DNA from: Chthonomonadales bacterium
Lineage (GTDB): Bacteria; Armatimonadota; Chthonomonadetes; Chthonomonadales; CAJBBX01
NCBI GenBank assembly: GCA_049967475.1
Contig: JBMFSQ010000010.1
Span: 44,788 to 108,787 of the forward strand
Reading direction: 5' to 3'
Length of the DNA stretch: 64,000 bases
The notes beneath the pieces were generated by a model. The model saw only the letters and a list, made by a program, of their open reading frames with translations. It was not told the origin of the DNA and searched no databases. Of the stretch, positions 52,347 to 61,572 are shown in pieces. Both the position numbers and the translations under genes were made by a program. Positions within the stretch are counted from its first letter, which is position 1; the number at the start of each line of letters is the position of its first letter.

Positions 52347-54746
52347 TCACTTGGCCTGCATATCGTAAACCAAGGTTGGTGCCGCCAGATACAGGGTGCC
52401 CCCCGTCTCCTGGCCGCGCGCGCTATCCACGAGAAACAGCGTGTCGAAATGGATTGGGTAATGAATTACGCCATCATCCGCTCCACCCCAGTGGCCACCT
52501 GTACTGCCTTGGAGCGGGAAGCTGAGGAGCTTCCACCCTTTGAAATTGATTGCTCCGCCGTCCGGCTGAAACGTCTGCCCGCTGGCATCGGTGAAGCGCA
52601 GCCGCGCAAGGTTCCCGGAACCGTCCCCGTAGACCCAAAGGAGCAAAGCCAACGGCTGCCCCGAAATCTGGCGCACCGCGTCCGTTTGCGGTGCCAGGCG
52701 CGCGAACTTCCAGCCGGCCGCGAACCGATAGGTGATTCGCACAGCTCCAAAACCTGGCCCCAGGCCGGAAGGCGGAGTAGTGACGACCAGCTCGAGTTCG
52801 GAAGCAACCTTGGCATCTCCGTCTGCCACAAGGCGGTAGGCGAAGGGAGCCGCGCCGGAGGGGTAGCGGCTGAAATCGTCTACGAGCCGATATCGCCGCT
52901 GTGGGAGCGTGAGCACGGGATGGAGAGCCACATCGGCGATGACGACGCCTGCGGAATACTCCGTCCTCGTTTGGGTAACCGCTATCGGAACAACCAACCG
53001 CGTGGTGCCCGCGTGAAGGCGGATGGGCGTAACCCGAGAGGCCGGTCGAAAACCCGACGGATCCACGACGCGCAGAGCTCCGTTGAACGGTTCGCCGATA
53101 GGGTTGAGCAGGGTAACCGGCCAAACATCTTTCGACATCGGGCTTGCTTCAACCACAAGCGGGTTCGACGCAACGAGAACCACCTGCTGGGCGATCCGAC
53201 CGCCCAGGCCGGGGAGGATCACCTCCACCCGCACCGGAACCGGCTCGGCGGAGCGCTCCATCGGCAACCGCAATCGAACCGGAACAGACGCGCCCGGGAG
53301 GAGCGTCGTATCCAATGCGAAGGTACCCGCGGCTCCATGGCCGTTCCGCACGAGAACCCTTAACGTGCGGTTGAGCGGGTTCCTTAGGATCAGCGACACT
53401 TCCACCTCACCGCCTGCACGGACCAGCGTTTCCATGGGGGCGCTCTCCCACGCCGCGGCTACGCTCAAAAGATCGTTGGGCTGCGATGGAATGGCGTACA
53501 CCGGATCCTCCGTTGCGTCCAACGTCAGCACGCCGGAAGAAGCCTGGGCAAAGCCGTGAACACCACCCGTGGAGTTGATCAACCTGAACGTTCCATCGCT
53601 AGCTGGGATCCGGATAGGGTGCTTTTGACCTGAGGTGGTCCATACCACAAGCCGAACATCGCTCCCTCGGCTAAAGAGCAATGCATAATCATCCGGATGG
53701 CCTACATCCAACCGTTTGTTGAACACGAACCCGGCAAGAGTGGACGTGAGGGTTTCGGCAGCGCGATAAGCCGGTTTGGGCTCATAAACTGGCTGCTCCC
53801 CTTCGCGGTAAGGATACCGCACCGTTCCAAAGTGGTGCTCCGGCTCCCGCGGGTCCGGCCCGTCGTCATGCCAATCGTACCAGATGGACACCGGGATGCG
53901 GTTCATGAGGTTCGTGAGCCACTGCCGGGCGAGCATGCGGCCTTGGGTAGCCTCGTCCATCCCGCGCCAAACCGAGGAATAGCCCCACTCGCCGGAAAGG
54001 ATGGGAATGGCCTTCCCTTTGGGTGCGTATTTGGCGATCAAAAGGCGCAGGCGCCGGTAATCGGGCGACACCGTCTCGGGAGGCTGACCCCGGTACGGAT
54101 GGACGGACACTGCATCCCAGTACTTGAGTAAACCGGCCTTGAAGCATGCCTCCAGAAAGCCGAAGTCCATTCCCGAGGTTGCGGGCCCGATGTACGCTTC
54201 ACCGGGAGCCGCAGCACGGATAGCTTTCCCCACTTCCAGGGCGAGGCTGATGTATTCCTGCACGTTAGGCTTCGGCCGCCAGAAGCCTATGTTGGGCTCA
54301 TTGTACATCTCCCACAGGATGCCCTGACCGCGGAAGTGCCTGGCCGCTGCCGCCGCCCAGCGCGCCATGGCGGCGCGACCTTCCTCCGTATGGGGTGAGA
54401 GGCCGCCGTCATAATGGCGGTTGCTGTAATCCAGAATGAACAGCGCGTGGATGCCATAGGGCCTCAGAGCCGCCATCAGGCGGTCGTAAGCGCTGAAATC
54501 ATATCTCCCCTTCTCGCGCTCCGTTCCCTCCCAACTGAAATCCATGCGCACCCAGCGGAAGCCTGCGGAAGCCAACTCCTGCATTTCCCCCGGCCTGGGA
54601 TCTGTGAAGTGAATATTCACTCCCAGGTTCTGCGGGATCACGGCTCCCCATCGAGGCGAGGAGGGCGCGCTCCAGCCGGCAGCGCTTGTCAGCAGGCAGC
54701 CGATCATCAATAGGGCGTATCGCACCCACGGAACTCCGGGTTCCAT
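52347..54746 (-). CDS. Secreted clan GH-A glycoside hydrolase (GH5/GH39-like) with large uncharacterised C-terminal region
   Basis: Start re-set to the ATG at 54746 (SD GGAGGG; signal-like MEPGVPWVRYALLMIGCLLTSAAGWSA). The acid/base motif is ILWEMYNEPN and the nucleophile region is ILSGEWGYSS. About 450 further residues carry no motif I recognise. Confidence 0.8.
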   Translation of the reverse strand: MEPGVPWVRYALLMIGCLLTSAAGWSAPSSPRWGAVIPQNLGVNIHFTDPRPGEMQELASAGFRWVRMDFSWEGTEREKGRYDFSAYDRLMAALRPYGIHALFILDYSNRHYDGGLSPHTEEGRAAMARWAAAAARHFRGQGILWEMYNEPNIGFWRPKPNVQEYISLALEVGKAIRAAAPGEAYIGPATSGMDFGFLEACFKAGLLKYWDAVSVHPYRGQPPETVSPDYRRLRLLIAKYAPKGKAIPILSGEWGYSSVWRGMDEATQGRMLARQWLTNLMNRIPVSIWYDWHDDGPDPREPEHHFGTVRYPYREGEQPVYEPKPAYRAAETLTSTLAGFVFNKRLDVGHPDDYALLFSRGSDVRLVVWTTSGQKHPIRIPASDGTFRLINSTGGVHGFAQASSGVLTLDATEDPVYAIPSQPNDLLSVAAAWESAPMETLVRAGGEVEVSLILRNPLNRTLRVLVRNGHGAAGTFALDTTLLPGASVPVRLRLPMERSAEPVPVRVEVILPGLGGRIAQQVVLVASNPLVVEASPMSKDVWPVTLLNPIGEPFNGALRVVDPSGFRPASRVTPIRLHAGTTRLVVPIAVTQTRTEYSAGVVIADVALHPVLTLPQRRYRLVDDFSRYPSGAAPFAYRLVADGDAKVASELELVVTTPPSGLGPGFGAVRITYRFAAGWKFARLAPQTDAVRQISGQPLALLLWVYGDGSGNLARLRFTDASGQTFQPDGGAINFKGWKLLSFPLQGSTGGHWGGADDGVIHYPIHFDTLFLVDSARGQETGGTLYLAAPTLVYDMQAK

Positions 54747-54886
54747 TGCAGATCCCTCCGTACAGATCTGAAACCGCAAATACTGTGTTGCACGCCGGCG
54801 AGTGGCCCCCCCACCCCGGCCCTCCCCCGCGGGCTGGGAGGGAGGATCGAGTGGCGAGTGGCGCGCTCCGGCCAAGGCATCGTCCG

Positions 54887-57613
54887 TCAGGATGACACGG
54901 GCATCAGCCGGGCAAGCTGAGAACGAGCGTCTGCGTCCGTTAAGTGCTTGGCGCCTGTTACGTAGAAGCTTGCCACAGACCGGCCTCGAAAGTGGGAAAG
55001 TTTGGCGCTGTGGATGTCCCACCCAAGCATGGAAAGTGCACCGGTGACACGGTAAAGCATCGCGCGCTCCTCTCTGGAGGATACCTCAACAACCGTGAAG
55101 GTGTCCGAAAGGTCGTTCCGAACAGCAAGGTTCTCGACTGGGCCTCCCACTTCGGGAGACTTATTACGCTTCTGAAGGAGATCGGCAACACTCGTTCGGC
55201 CGTTCAGCACGGCGGGCAAATTCGTGGCCAGCTCACGGCGCTTTCCCGGGGTTAGCCGCCGGCCCCGAAAGTCCACGTACAGGCGGTCTATGGCGATGCG
55301 CTCCGGTTCGCCGTCGTTTGCAGCCGACACCCGCGTGAAGACCTGTGCCGCATGCACATCCAAATCTGCGGCATAGAGGACACCTGCAATCTTGGAAAGG
55401 AGGCCGGGTTCGGGATCATCTCGAGTGCAGACAGTCACCTCGGTATAGGTTCCATTCCGTTCATCCTGGAACTCCACAACCGTCTCGCCCGCCTGTACCC
55501 TCCGAACAAATCCGATATGGAGCGCAATCTCGGCGAGACTGGTATTGAGGATATACGGCGCAGGCATCGAGGCTACGTGCAGGGCTACTTCGGCAGGATC
55601 TAGGTTCTCCACAGAGAGTTCTCGCAGCAGGCGGCGGCGCGTACGGGTAAGCTCCGCATCGTCGGCCGCCTCTTCTTCGCTAGACAGGAAGCGCTCCGCC
55701 CTGTGCGCCAGGTCCATAAGAAAGCGGGCTTTTACCTGCGTCCACACGCCGGCGCCCACGGCACTCGTGTCCGCATAGGTCAGCAAATACAGCATGTGGA
55801 GGCGATCCAGATCATTCACCACGGTGGTGAAGTCCCGGATGGTTTCATCGAGATTCAGGTCCCGCAGGCGCGATGTCTCGGCCATGAGGAGATGGTGCCG
55901 CACCAAGAAGACCACATTCTCCGTAGCTGCGGGATCCCATCCCAAGCGGCGGCATACCGCTTCTGCGATCTCGGCGCCCGTGTCGGAGTGCGGCCGGTCA
56001 TCCCGACACTTTCCCACATCGTGAAGCAAAAGGGCCAAATAAAGCTGTTCCGGATGAGGAAGTTCGGCCAGTAGGCGGCGGAGCTCACTCGTCTCCTCGG
56101 GACCCGTGGCCGCGCGAAGGGCATCCAGGAAGCGCACGGCGTAAAGGGTATGCTGGCCCACCGTGTAATCGTGGGATGGATCGTAGGGGATCATGTTGAG
56201 CACCGCGCCGAATTCGGGCAGCATCCATCCCAAAATGCCCAACTCCGCCATCTGCTGAAGAGTGGCCCAACATCCGTTGCGCGAGGCCAGGATGCGTGTG
56301 AAGATGGCGCCGAGCTCTTTAGGATGCTTCGTCCGGGTATCGCCGGCCAGCACGCGGGCGATCTCGCGCTGCAGTTGGTGGCTCATGCGCAGGCGGTAGC
56401 GCTGGGCCAGTTCGCACGCCCAAAGCATCCAAACCGGATCCTCCGTGGTAAGGACCGATCCGGCCGGTTCGATGCATCGGCCTGCGCAATCCAAGCCGAT
56501 CCCCAGAAACATCCGGGCGTTTTCTGCTTGCTCCATCACGGCGCCTGCAATCCGACTGATGGCGCTCGCGTGAACATACAGATCCGCCATGAAGCGCTCC
56601 ACAGGCGGAGGTTCTTGCGGCGCGGGGTGGCCGCTTCCTTCCTCCGAGGCCGCGTAACCGATGCATCGGGCCACTTCTTCCTGCCGTGTCACCACGAGCT
56701 GCTCGCGGGCAGCCCCAGCGCAAACATGGAGCGCATTGCGCGTGCGAATCAAGAACTCCTTCGCCGCCTTGAGTTGTGCGCATTCCTCTGAGGTGAGCCC
56801 GGCATAGCGCTCGAGAACCTCCCACACCCGGTCGCCCCGAACACGCGCCGCAGGGAGGTTGTGGATCGCCTGCGTCAACCACACGGCGGTTTGCAGATCC
56901 CTCAGGCCGCCCGGTCCGTTCTTCAGATCCGGTTCCACCATGCGGGGAGTAGGGGTGAAGACGTCGGATGCCGAACCCGGCGGAACCGTCTTGGCGCATT
57001 GCGCCCGCCGCTCATCCAGCTTTGTGAAAACGAAATCTGCAGGATTGAAGTGGGACCAGTAGGCGTGCTCGAGCTGGATGAAGATGCGCGGATTGCCCGC
57101 GATCAGCCGAGCGTCCAAGAGCCCCGATGCGGTCTGATGATCCAGATTGTCACAATCCTCCATCAGCCTGTAGGCATACCCCACTTCCATGCCGGCGGCG
57201 TCCATGAATACGCGCATCACCATGGTGAACATCTCTTTGATGATGCGCTCTGCCCGCGTGTCGCCATCCCGCGCAGGAACAAACGTGAGGTCAATATCCG
57301 AATGTGGAGACAGCTCGCGCCGGCCATATCCCCCCGTGGCCACGATAGCGATGGGGGCGCCGTCCGTCGCGAGCCCGGGATGGATGCGCCCGCAGGCAAT
57401 TTCGAGCATCCGAGCAATGACGCCGTCTACGAGGTCGCTGTAGCGCCGGGCGACTGCCAGGCCTTCCACGCCGCACCGCACACTTTGGGCTAAACTGTTC
57501 CGGTGGTGCTGGAGGTAGCCAATGAGGCCGTCGAGGCCTGTAACCGTGGCGAGGGAAGGGGCGTTCGGAGCGGCAGGTTGCGTGTCCATCAGCCGTATTT
57601 TAGCCTGTAGCAC
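54887..57613 (-). CDS. glnD: [Protein-PII] uridylyltransferase / uridylyl-removing enzyme
   Basis: 908-aa ORF with the nucleotidyltransferase motif ATGGYGRRELSPHSDIDL, the HD domain LLHDVGK and two C-terminal ACT-like segments. The start (GTG 57613 or ATG 57589) is uncertain. Confidence 0.9.
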   Translation of the reverse strand: MLQAKIRLMDTQPAAPNAPSLATVTGLDGLIGYLQHHRNSLAQSVRCGVEGLAVARRYSDLVDGVIARMLEIACGRIHPGLATDGAPIAIVATGGYGRRELSPHSDIDLTFVPARDGDTRAERIIKEMFTMVMRVFMDAAGMEVGYAYRLMEDCDNLDHQTASGLLDARLIAGNPRIFIQLEHAYWSHFNPADFVFTKLDERRAQCAKTVPPGSASDVFTPTPRMVEPDLKNGPGGLRDLQTAVWLTQAIHNLPAARVRGDRVWEVLERYAGLTSEECAQLKAAKEFLIRTRNALHVCAGAAREQLVVTRQEEVARCIGYAASEEGSGHPAPQEPPPVERFMADLYVHASAISRIAGAVMEQAENARMFLGIGLDCAGRCIEPAGSVLTTEDPVWMLWACELAQRYRLRMSHQLQREIARVLAGDTRTKHPKELGAIFTRILASRNGCWATLQQMAELGILGWMLPEFGAVLNMIPYDPSHDYTVGQHTLYAVRFLDALRAATGPEETSELRRLLAELPHPEQLYLALLLHDVGKCRDDRPHSDTGAEIAEAVCRRLGWDPAATENVVFLVRHHLLMAETSRLRDLNLDETIRDFTTVVNDLDRLHMLYLLTYADTSAVGAGVWTQVKARFLMDLAHRAERFLSSEEEAADDAELTRTRRRLLRELSVENLDPAEVALHVASMPAPYILNTSLAEIALHIGFVRRVQAGETVVEFQDERNGTYTEVTVCTRDDPEPGLLSKIAGVLYAADLDVHAAQVFTRVSAANDGEPERIAIDRLYVDFRGRRLTPGKRRELATNLPAVLNGRTSVADLLQKRNKSPEVGGPVENLAVRNDLSDTFTVVEVSSREERAMLYRVTGALSMLGWDIHSAKLSHFRGRSVASFYVTGAKHLTDADARSQLARLMPVSS

Positions 57614-57700
57614 ACCGGCGATGCAATGTGACGCCGTCCGCGGGCATCAGTGAGACCACGATGCGTTTCCTGCGGTGCGCCCAAATGCACCGTCTCCGCA

Positions 57701-57729
57701 TTGACTGCATCGGAATATAGGCATATAAT
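57701..57729 (+). promoter_or_regulatory. Near-consensus sigma-70 promoter TTGACT-N17-TATAAT for the ArsR-type gene
   Basis: TTGACT at 57701-57706 and TATAAT at 57724-57729, inside the AT-rich tract GGAATATAGGCATATAATATATAAGG. The ATG at 57761 follows the purine-rich GGAAGGGA. Confidence 0.6.
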
Positions 57730-57760
57730 ATATAAGGCGCGTGGAAGGGATCGGCACAGA

Positions 57761-58156
57761 ATGGCTAGCGTCACACAAGAACCCTTCATCGCTATGGAGC
57801 GCCTCGAACGGGTTGCTCCCGTCATCCGGGCAGCGGCTCATCCGTTGCGCCTCAGGATCTTGGATTATCTGGAACACGCAGGCGAGCCGCGGACCGTGTC
57901 CGAGATTATCGAGGCTACCGGCGTAGCGCAGGCGGTCGTAAGCCAACAGCTCAGGATCCTCAAAGATCAGGGCATCCTGTACTGCCGCCGCATCAAGAAC
58001 CACGTTTACTACGGCATCGCCAATCCCAGCGTGCTTCATCTGCTGGAGTGCATCCGCACGCATGATGATTGCGGCGACCCGTTCTACCTTCACCAGAATA
58101 CCGCGACGGTAATGGAGCCAGGCATGGCGCCGGCCCCGAAACCTGAACACTCCTAG
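57761..58156 (+). CDS. ArsR/SmtB family transcriptional regulator with three cysteines
   Basis: Start re-set to the ATG at 57761. The winged-HTH is HPLRLRILDYLEHAGEPRTVSEIIEATGVAQAVVSQQLRILKDQGIL. The cysteines are in YCRR and LLECIRTHDDCG. The canonical alpha3 CVC metal motif is absent. Confidence 0.85.
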   Translation: MASVTQEPFIAMERLERVAPVIRAAAHPLRLRILDYLEHAGEPRTVSEIIEATGVAQAVVSQQLRILKDQGILYCRRIKNHVYYGIANPSVLHLLECIRTHDDCGDPFYLHQNTATVMEPGMAPAPKPEHS

Positions 58157-58500
58157 AAGAAGCCCAACTCAAGCCGGGCGGCCTCGGACATCATATCAGG
58201 GTTCCACTGCGGGTCCCATACGACCTCTACGTTTACATCGGTAACGCCGGGGATCCTCCGAACCTTTTCTTCTACCTCCAGCGGAAGGGATCCCGCCACA
58301 GGACACATGGGAGATGTGAGGGTCATACGGATCTTCACGACACCGGAGGGATCGGTTTGCACGTCGTATACCAACCCGAGCTCGTAAATGTTCACAGGGA
58401 TCTCCGGGTCGTACACGGTTTTGAGCACTTCCACGACTTTGTTCTCTAGGTCAAGCCCGGCAAACGGGTTTGCCGTGGCATCATGAGTCGTGCCGTCCAT
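58153..58500 (-). CDS. sufT: DUF59 (MIP18/SufT-like) Fe-S cluster assembly protein
   Basis: 115-aa ORF with VYDPEIPVNIYELGLVYDV and MTLTSPMCPVAG motifs. It is the last gene of the suf operon. Confidence 0.85.
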   Translation of the reverse strand: MDGTTHDATANPFAGLDLENKVVEVLKTVYDPEIPVNIYELGLVYDVQTDPSGVVKIRMTLTSPMCPVAGSLPLEVEEKVRRIPGVTDVNVEVVWDPQWNPDMMSEAARLELGFF

Positions 58501-58524
58501 CTGCCCCTCCCATGCCGGTATGCG

Positions 58525-58977
58525 TCATTCCGTGCTTACCTTTTGGCGGTCACCTTTGATTGCAGCATGAAGCGTATGCCATGCCAGGCTTGCGCACTTG
58601 ACGCGTGCGGGGAACTCTCGCACGCCTGCAAAGACAGCCAGTTTGCCGAGCTCTTCTTCATCTAGGGAGACGTTCCGGCTGCCGGCTACCAGGTCATGAA
58701 AGCGCTGGAAGAGCTCTTCGGCTTCGGCTTCCGTTTTGCCTCTCAGCGCCTCCGTCATGAGCGAAGCAGACGCCGTAGAGATGGCGCATCCCTGCCCTAC
58801 GAAGCTCACATCCTGGATCACGCCGTCTCGGAGCTTCAGGTACACCGTGACGCGGTCGCCACAAAGCGGGTTGTACCCCTCCACGTGCCGGTCCGCATCG
58901 GGCATCTCACGGAAATTCCTGGGCCGCTTATAGTGATCCAGGATCGTCTCCTGGTATAGCTCTCTCAGCGCAGTCAT
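58525..58977 (-). CDS. sufU: SUF system zinc-dependent sulfurtransferase / scaffold SufU (NifU-like N-terminal domain)
   Basis: Start re-set to the ATG at 58977 (ATGA overlap with the sufS stop). Motifs YNPLCGDRVTV, GQGCAIS and RVKCASLAW are present. Confidence 0.9.
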   Translation of the reverse strand: MTALRELYQETILDHYKRPRNFREMPDADRHVEGYNPLCGDRVTVYLKLRDGVIQDVSFVGQGCAISTASASLMTEALRGKTEAEAEELFQRFHDLVAGSRNVSLDEEELGKLAVFAGVREFPARVKCASLAWHTLHAAIKGDRQKVSTE

Positions 58978-60218
58978 TTGCGGAAAACCTCGATTACCTT
59001 GCGGATGCCCGCTGCGAGGGCGTCGAGCTCCTCTCGCGTGTTGTAGAATGCCAGGGAAGCCCGCGCCGTGGCAGGAATACCGAAGCGCTCCATCACCGGC
59101 TGCGTACAATGATGCCCCGTGCGGATGGCGATGCCTTCGCTGTCCAGTATCGTGCCCACATCGTGCGGATGAACGCCCTCCACTACGAAGGAGAGCACCG
59201 CGGCCTTCTGCGCAGCCGTACCGATGATGCGCACTTCCGGAAACTCGCCGAGGAGCCGGGTGCCGTATTCCAGCAGTTCTCCCTCGTGTTGGGCTATGCG
59301 ATCCCGTCCCACATTCTCCACGTACTCTATTGCGGCGGCGAGCCCAACAGCTCCTGCAATGTGCGGCGTGCCTGCTTCGAACTTGTAGGGGAGATCATTG
59401 AAAAGGGTCTTTTCGAATGTCACCGAGCGGATCATGTCCCCGCCCCCTTGGTAGGGCGGCATTGCGTCGAGCAGTTCTTCCCGGCCGTACAACACGCCGA
59501 TCCCTGTGGGCCCGAAAAGCTTGTGGCCGCTCAACACATAGAAGTCACACCCCAAATCCTGCACGTCCACCCGCATGTGAGACACGGCTTGCGCACCGTC
59601 CACCAGGATGACTGCGCCCGCGGAGTGGGCCGCCTGCACCATTCGCCGCACCGGGTTCACTGTTCCAAGAGAGTTGGACACGTGTACCACAGCGACGATG
59701 CGCGTAGCCGGTCCCAGCATCGCCTCGAACCGGTCCCAGAGGACCTCTCCCGAGTCGTCTATAGGCGCCACCCTAAGATGGGCGCCCGTCTGCTCGCAAA
59801 CGAGCTGCCACGGCACGATGTTGGAGTGGTGCTCCATTGCCGTAATGAGCACCTCATCCCCGGGCCGCAGCATGGACCGCCCGAGTGACGAAGCCACGAG
59901 ATTGATGCTCTCGGTAGCCCCCCGCGTGAAGATGATTTCCCTCGGCGAGGCTGCGTTCAGGAAGCGCTGCACCGTGTCCCGCGCGGATTCGAAAGCCGAC
60001 GTGGCTCGCTCGCTAAGGGCATGCACTCCCCGATGGATATTGGCATTCTCCCGAGTGTAATATTCCACCAGACGCTCGATGACCACGGCCGGCTTCTGTG
60101 TCGTGGCTGCATTGTCCAAATAGACCAACGGGCGGCCGCGCACCTGCGTCCGGAGGATTGGGAAATCACTCCGGATGCGCTGAACGTCCAGGGTTGCCTT
60201 CGCCGTCGCCATCATCAC
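58974..60218 (-). CDS. sufS: Cysteine desulfurase SufS
   Basis: 414-aa ORF with RSDFPIL, the PLP-lysine region SGHKLFGPTG and the active-site loop RTGHHCTQP. The true start may be the ATG at 60215 or 60212 (SD GAGGAG). Confidence 0.95.
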   Translation of the reverse strand: MMMATAKATLDVQRIRSDFPILRTQVRGRPLVYLDNAATTQKPAVVIERLVEYYTRENANIHRGVHALSERATSAFESARDTVQRFLNAASPREIIFTRGATESINLVASSLGRSMLRPGDEVLITAMEHHSNIVPWQLVCEQTGAHLRVAPIDDSGEVLWDRFEAMLGPATRIVAVVHVSNSLGTVNPVRRMVQAAHSAGAVILVDGAQAVSHMRVDVQDLGCDFYVLSGHKLFGPTGIGVLYGREELLDAMPPYQGGGDMIRSVTFEKTLFNDLPYKFEAGTPHIAGAVGLAAAIEYVENVGRDRIAQHEGELLEYGTRLLGEFPEVRIIGTAAQKAAVLSFVVEGVHPHDVGTILDSEGIAIRTGHHCTQPVMERFGIPATARASLAFYNTREELDALAAGIRKVIEVFRK

Positions 60219-60234
60219 TTCTTCTCCTCTGCGG

Positions 60235-61572
60235 TCATCGCGGGACCTGGGCTCCTGGTCCTAGGATCGTTTCCTCAATCCGTGTGCGGAGGGAGGGTAC
60301 CTGAATGCGATCCAGGATCTCGGCGGCGAAGGCGTAGATGAGGAGCCTTTCCGCCACATCCTGCGGGATTCCCCGGGACCTGCAATAGAACAGCGCATCG
60401 TCGCTCAAGCGCCCTACGGTGGCGCCGTGGGTGCACCGCACATCGTCGGCGAAGATTTCTAGTTGCGGTCGCGTGTCTACCCATGCATCTCGAGAGAGCA
60501 GCAGGTTCTGATTAGTCTGTTTGGCGTCGGTCTTCTGGGCATCCTTCTGAACGAAGATGCGCCCGCTGAAAACAGCCCGCCCATGCCCATCCAAGATGCC
60601 TTTGTAGAGCTCGTGGCTGGGGCAGTGCGGAGCCAGATGATCAATGCGCGTGTGATGGTCCGTGTGCTGGCGGCCCCGGGCCACATAGAGGCCGTTGAGG
60701 GTGGCTTCTGCGCCCTCGCCCGCGAGGCGCACCGCCACATCGCTTCGCGCCAACGCCGCTCCAGAGGCAAGGGTAGTTATCTTCATCGCCGAAGACCGCC
60801 CGCCCTGCGCACCAATCAGATCCACGTGATGGGCTGCCTCGTGCTGTGTCTGCCAGCGGTAATAATCCACACTCGCCCCATCCGCCACCACCATCTCGGT
60901 CACAGCGTCCGTCAGCAACGTGCCGTCGGTTGACGCGAAGGTTTCCACAATAGTGGCATTGCTCAACTCACCAACCGCCACGAATGTCCTCGGGCAGGCC
61001 AAGGACGCCTCCCCGCTCCCCACTCCAAAGTGGAGCACCTGGATCGGCCGATCCAATACGGTTCGGTCCGCCACAGCAATCACCGCAGCGTCCGGAAAGC
61101 AGGCGCTGTTGAGACACGCGAAGCCGTGAGGCTCCGGGTGAACTACTCGGCCGAAGGATCCCACCACTTGGCCGGGGAGGTGCGCATCGCGGATTGTGCC
61201 CAGGAATACCCCCTCGGGAACGGCGTCCAGCCGCGAGAGACCAGGCATCAGCCGGCCGTTCACGAATACGAGCACCAAGGCGCCGTCCAACAGATAGGGC
61301 GCTATCATCCGGTGATCCGGAGCGGCTGCCGCGGCCAGCACACGGTCCACCCCGACGATGGGAGTCACATTCGTAAAGCGCCACTCCTCATCTTTGGCAG
61401 ACGGAAACCCTACGGTGCGAATGCGCTCGGCTGCGGCGGCGCGAACACTCCTAAGCCACGCAGGGTCCCCCGCGTCCTCGCGCAGTCTTTGCTCCACAAG
61501 CGCATCCGCCCACTCCGGGAGATTCATGGGTGCGCCGCGTTCCAACCGAGCTGTTTCACCTGCCGCACTCAT
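60235..61572 (-). CDS. sufD: Fe-S cluster assembly protein SufD
   Basis: Start re-set to the ATG at 61572 (ATGA overlap with the sufC stop). The C-terminal beta-helix motifs are NQNLLLS...PQLEIFADDVRCTHGATVG. Confidence 0.9.
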   Translation of the reverse strand: MSAAGETARLERGAPMNLPEWADALVEQRLREDAGDPAWLRSVRAAAAERIRTVGFPSAKDEEWRFTNVTPIVGVDRVLAAAAAPDHRMIAPYLLDGALVLVFVNGRLMPGLSRLDAVPEGVFLGTIRDAHLPGQVVGSFGRVVHPEPHGFACLNSACFPDAAVIAVADRTVLDRPIQVLHFGVGSGEASLACPRTFVAVGELSNATIVETFASTDGTLLTDAVTEMVVADGASVDYYRWQTQHEAAHHVDLIGAQGGRSSAMKITTLASGAALARSDVAVRLAGEGAEATLNGLYVARGRQHTDHHTRIDHLAPHCPSHELYKGILDGHGRAVFSGRIFVQKDAQKTDAKQTNQNLLLSRDAWVDTRPQLEIFADDVRCTHGATVGRLSDDALFYCRSRGIPQDVAERLLIYAFAAEILDRIQVPSLRTRIEETILGPGAQVPR

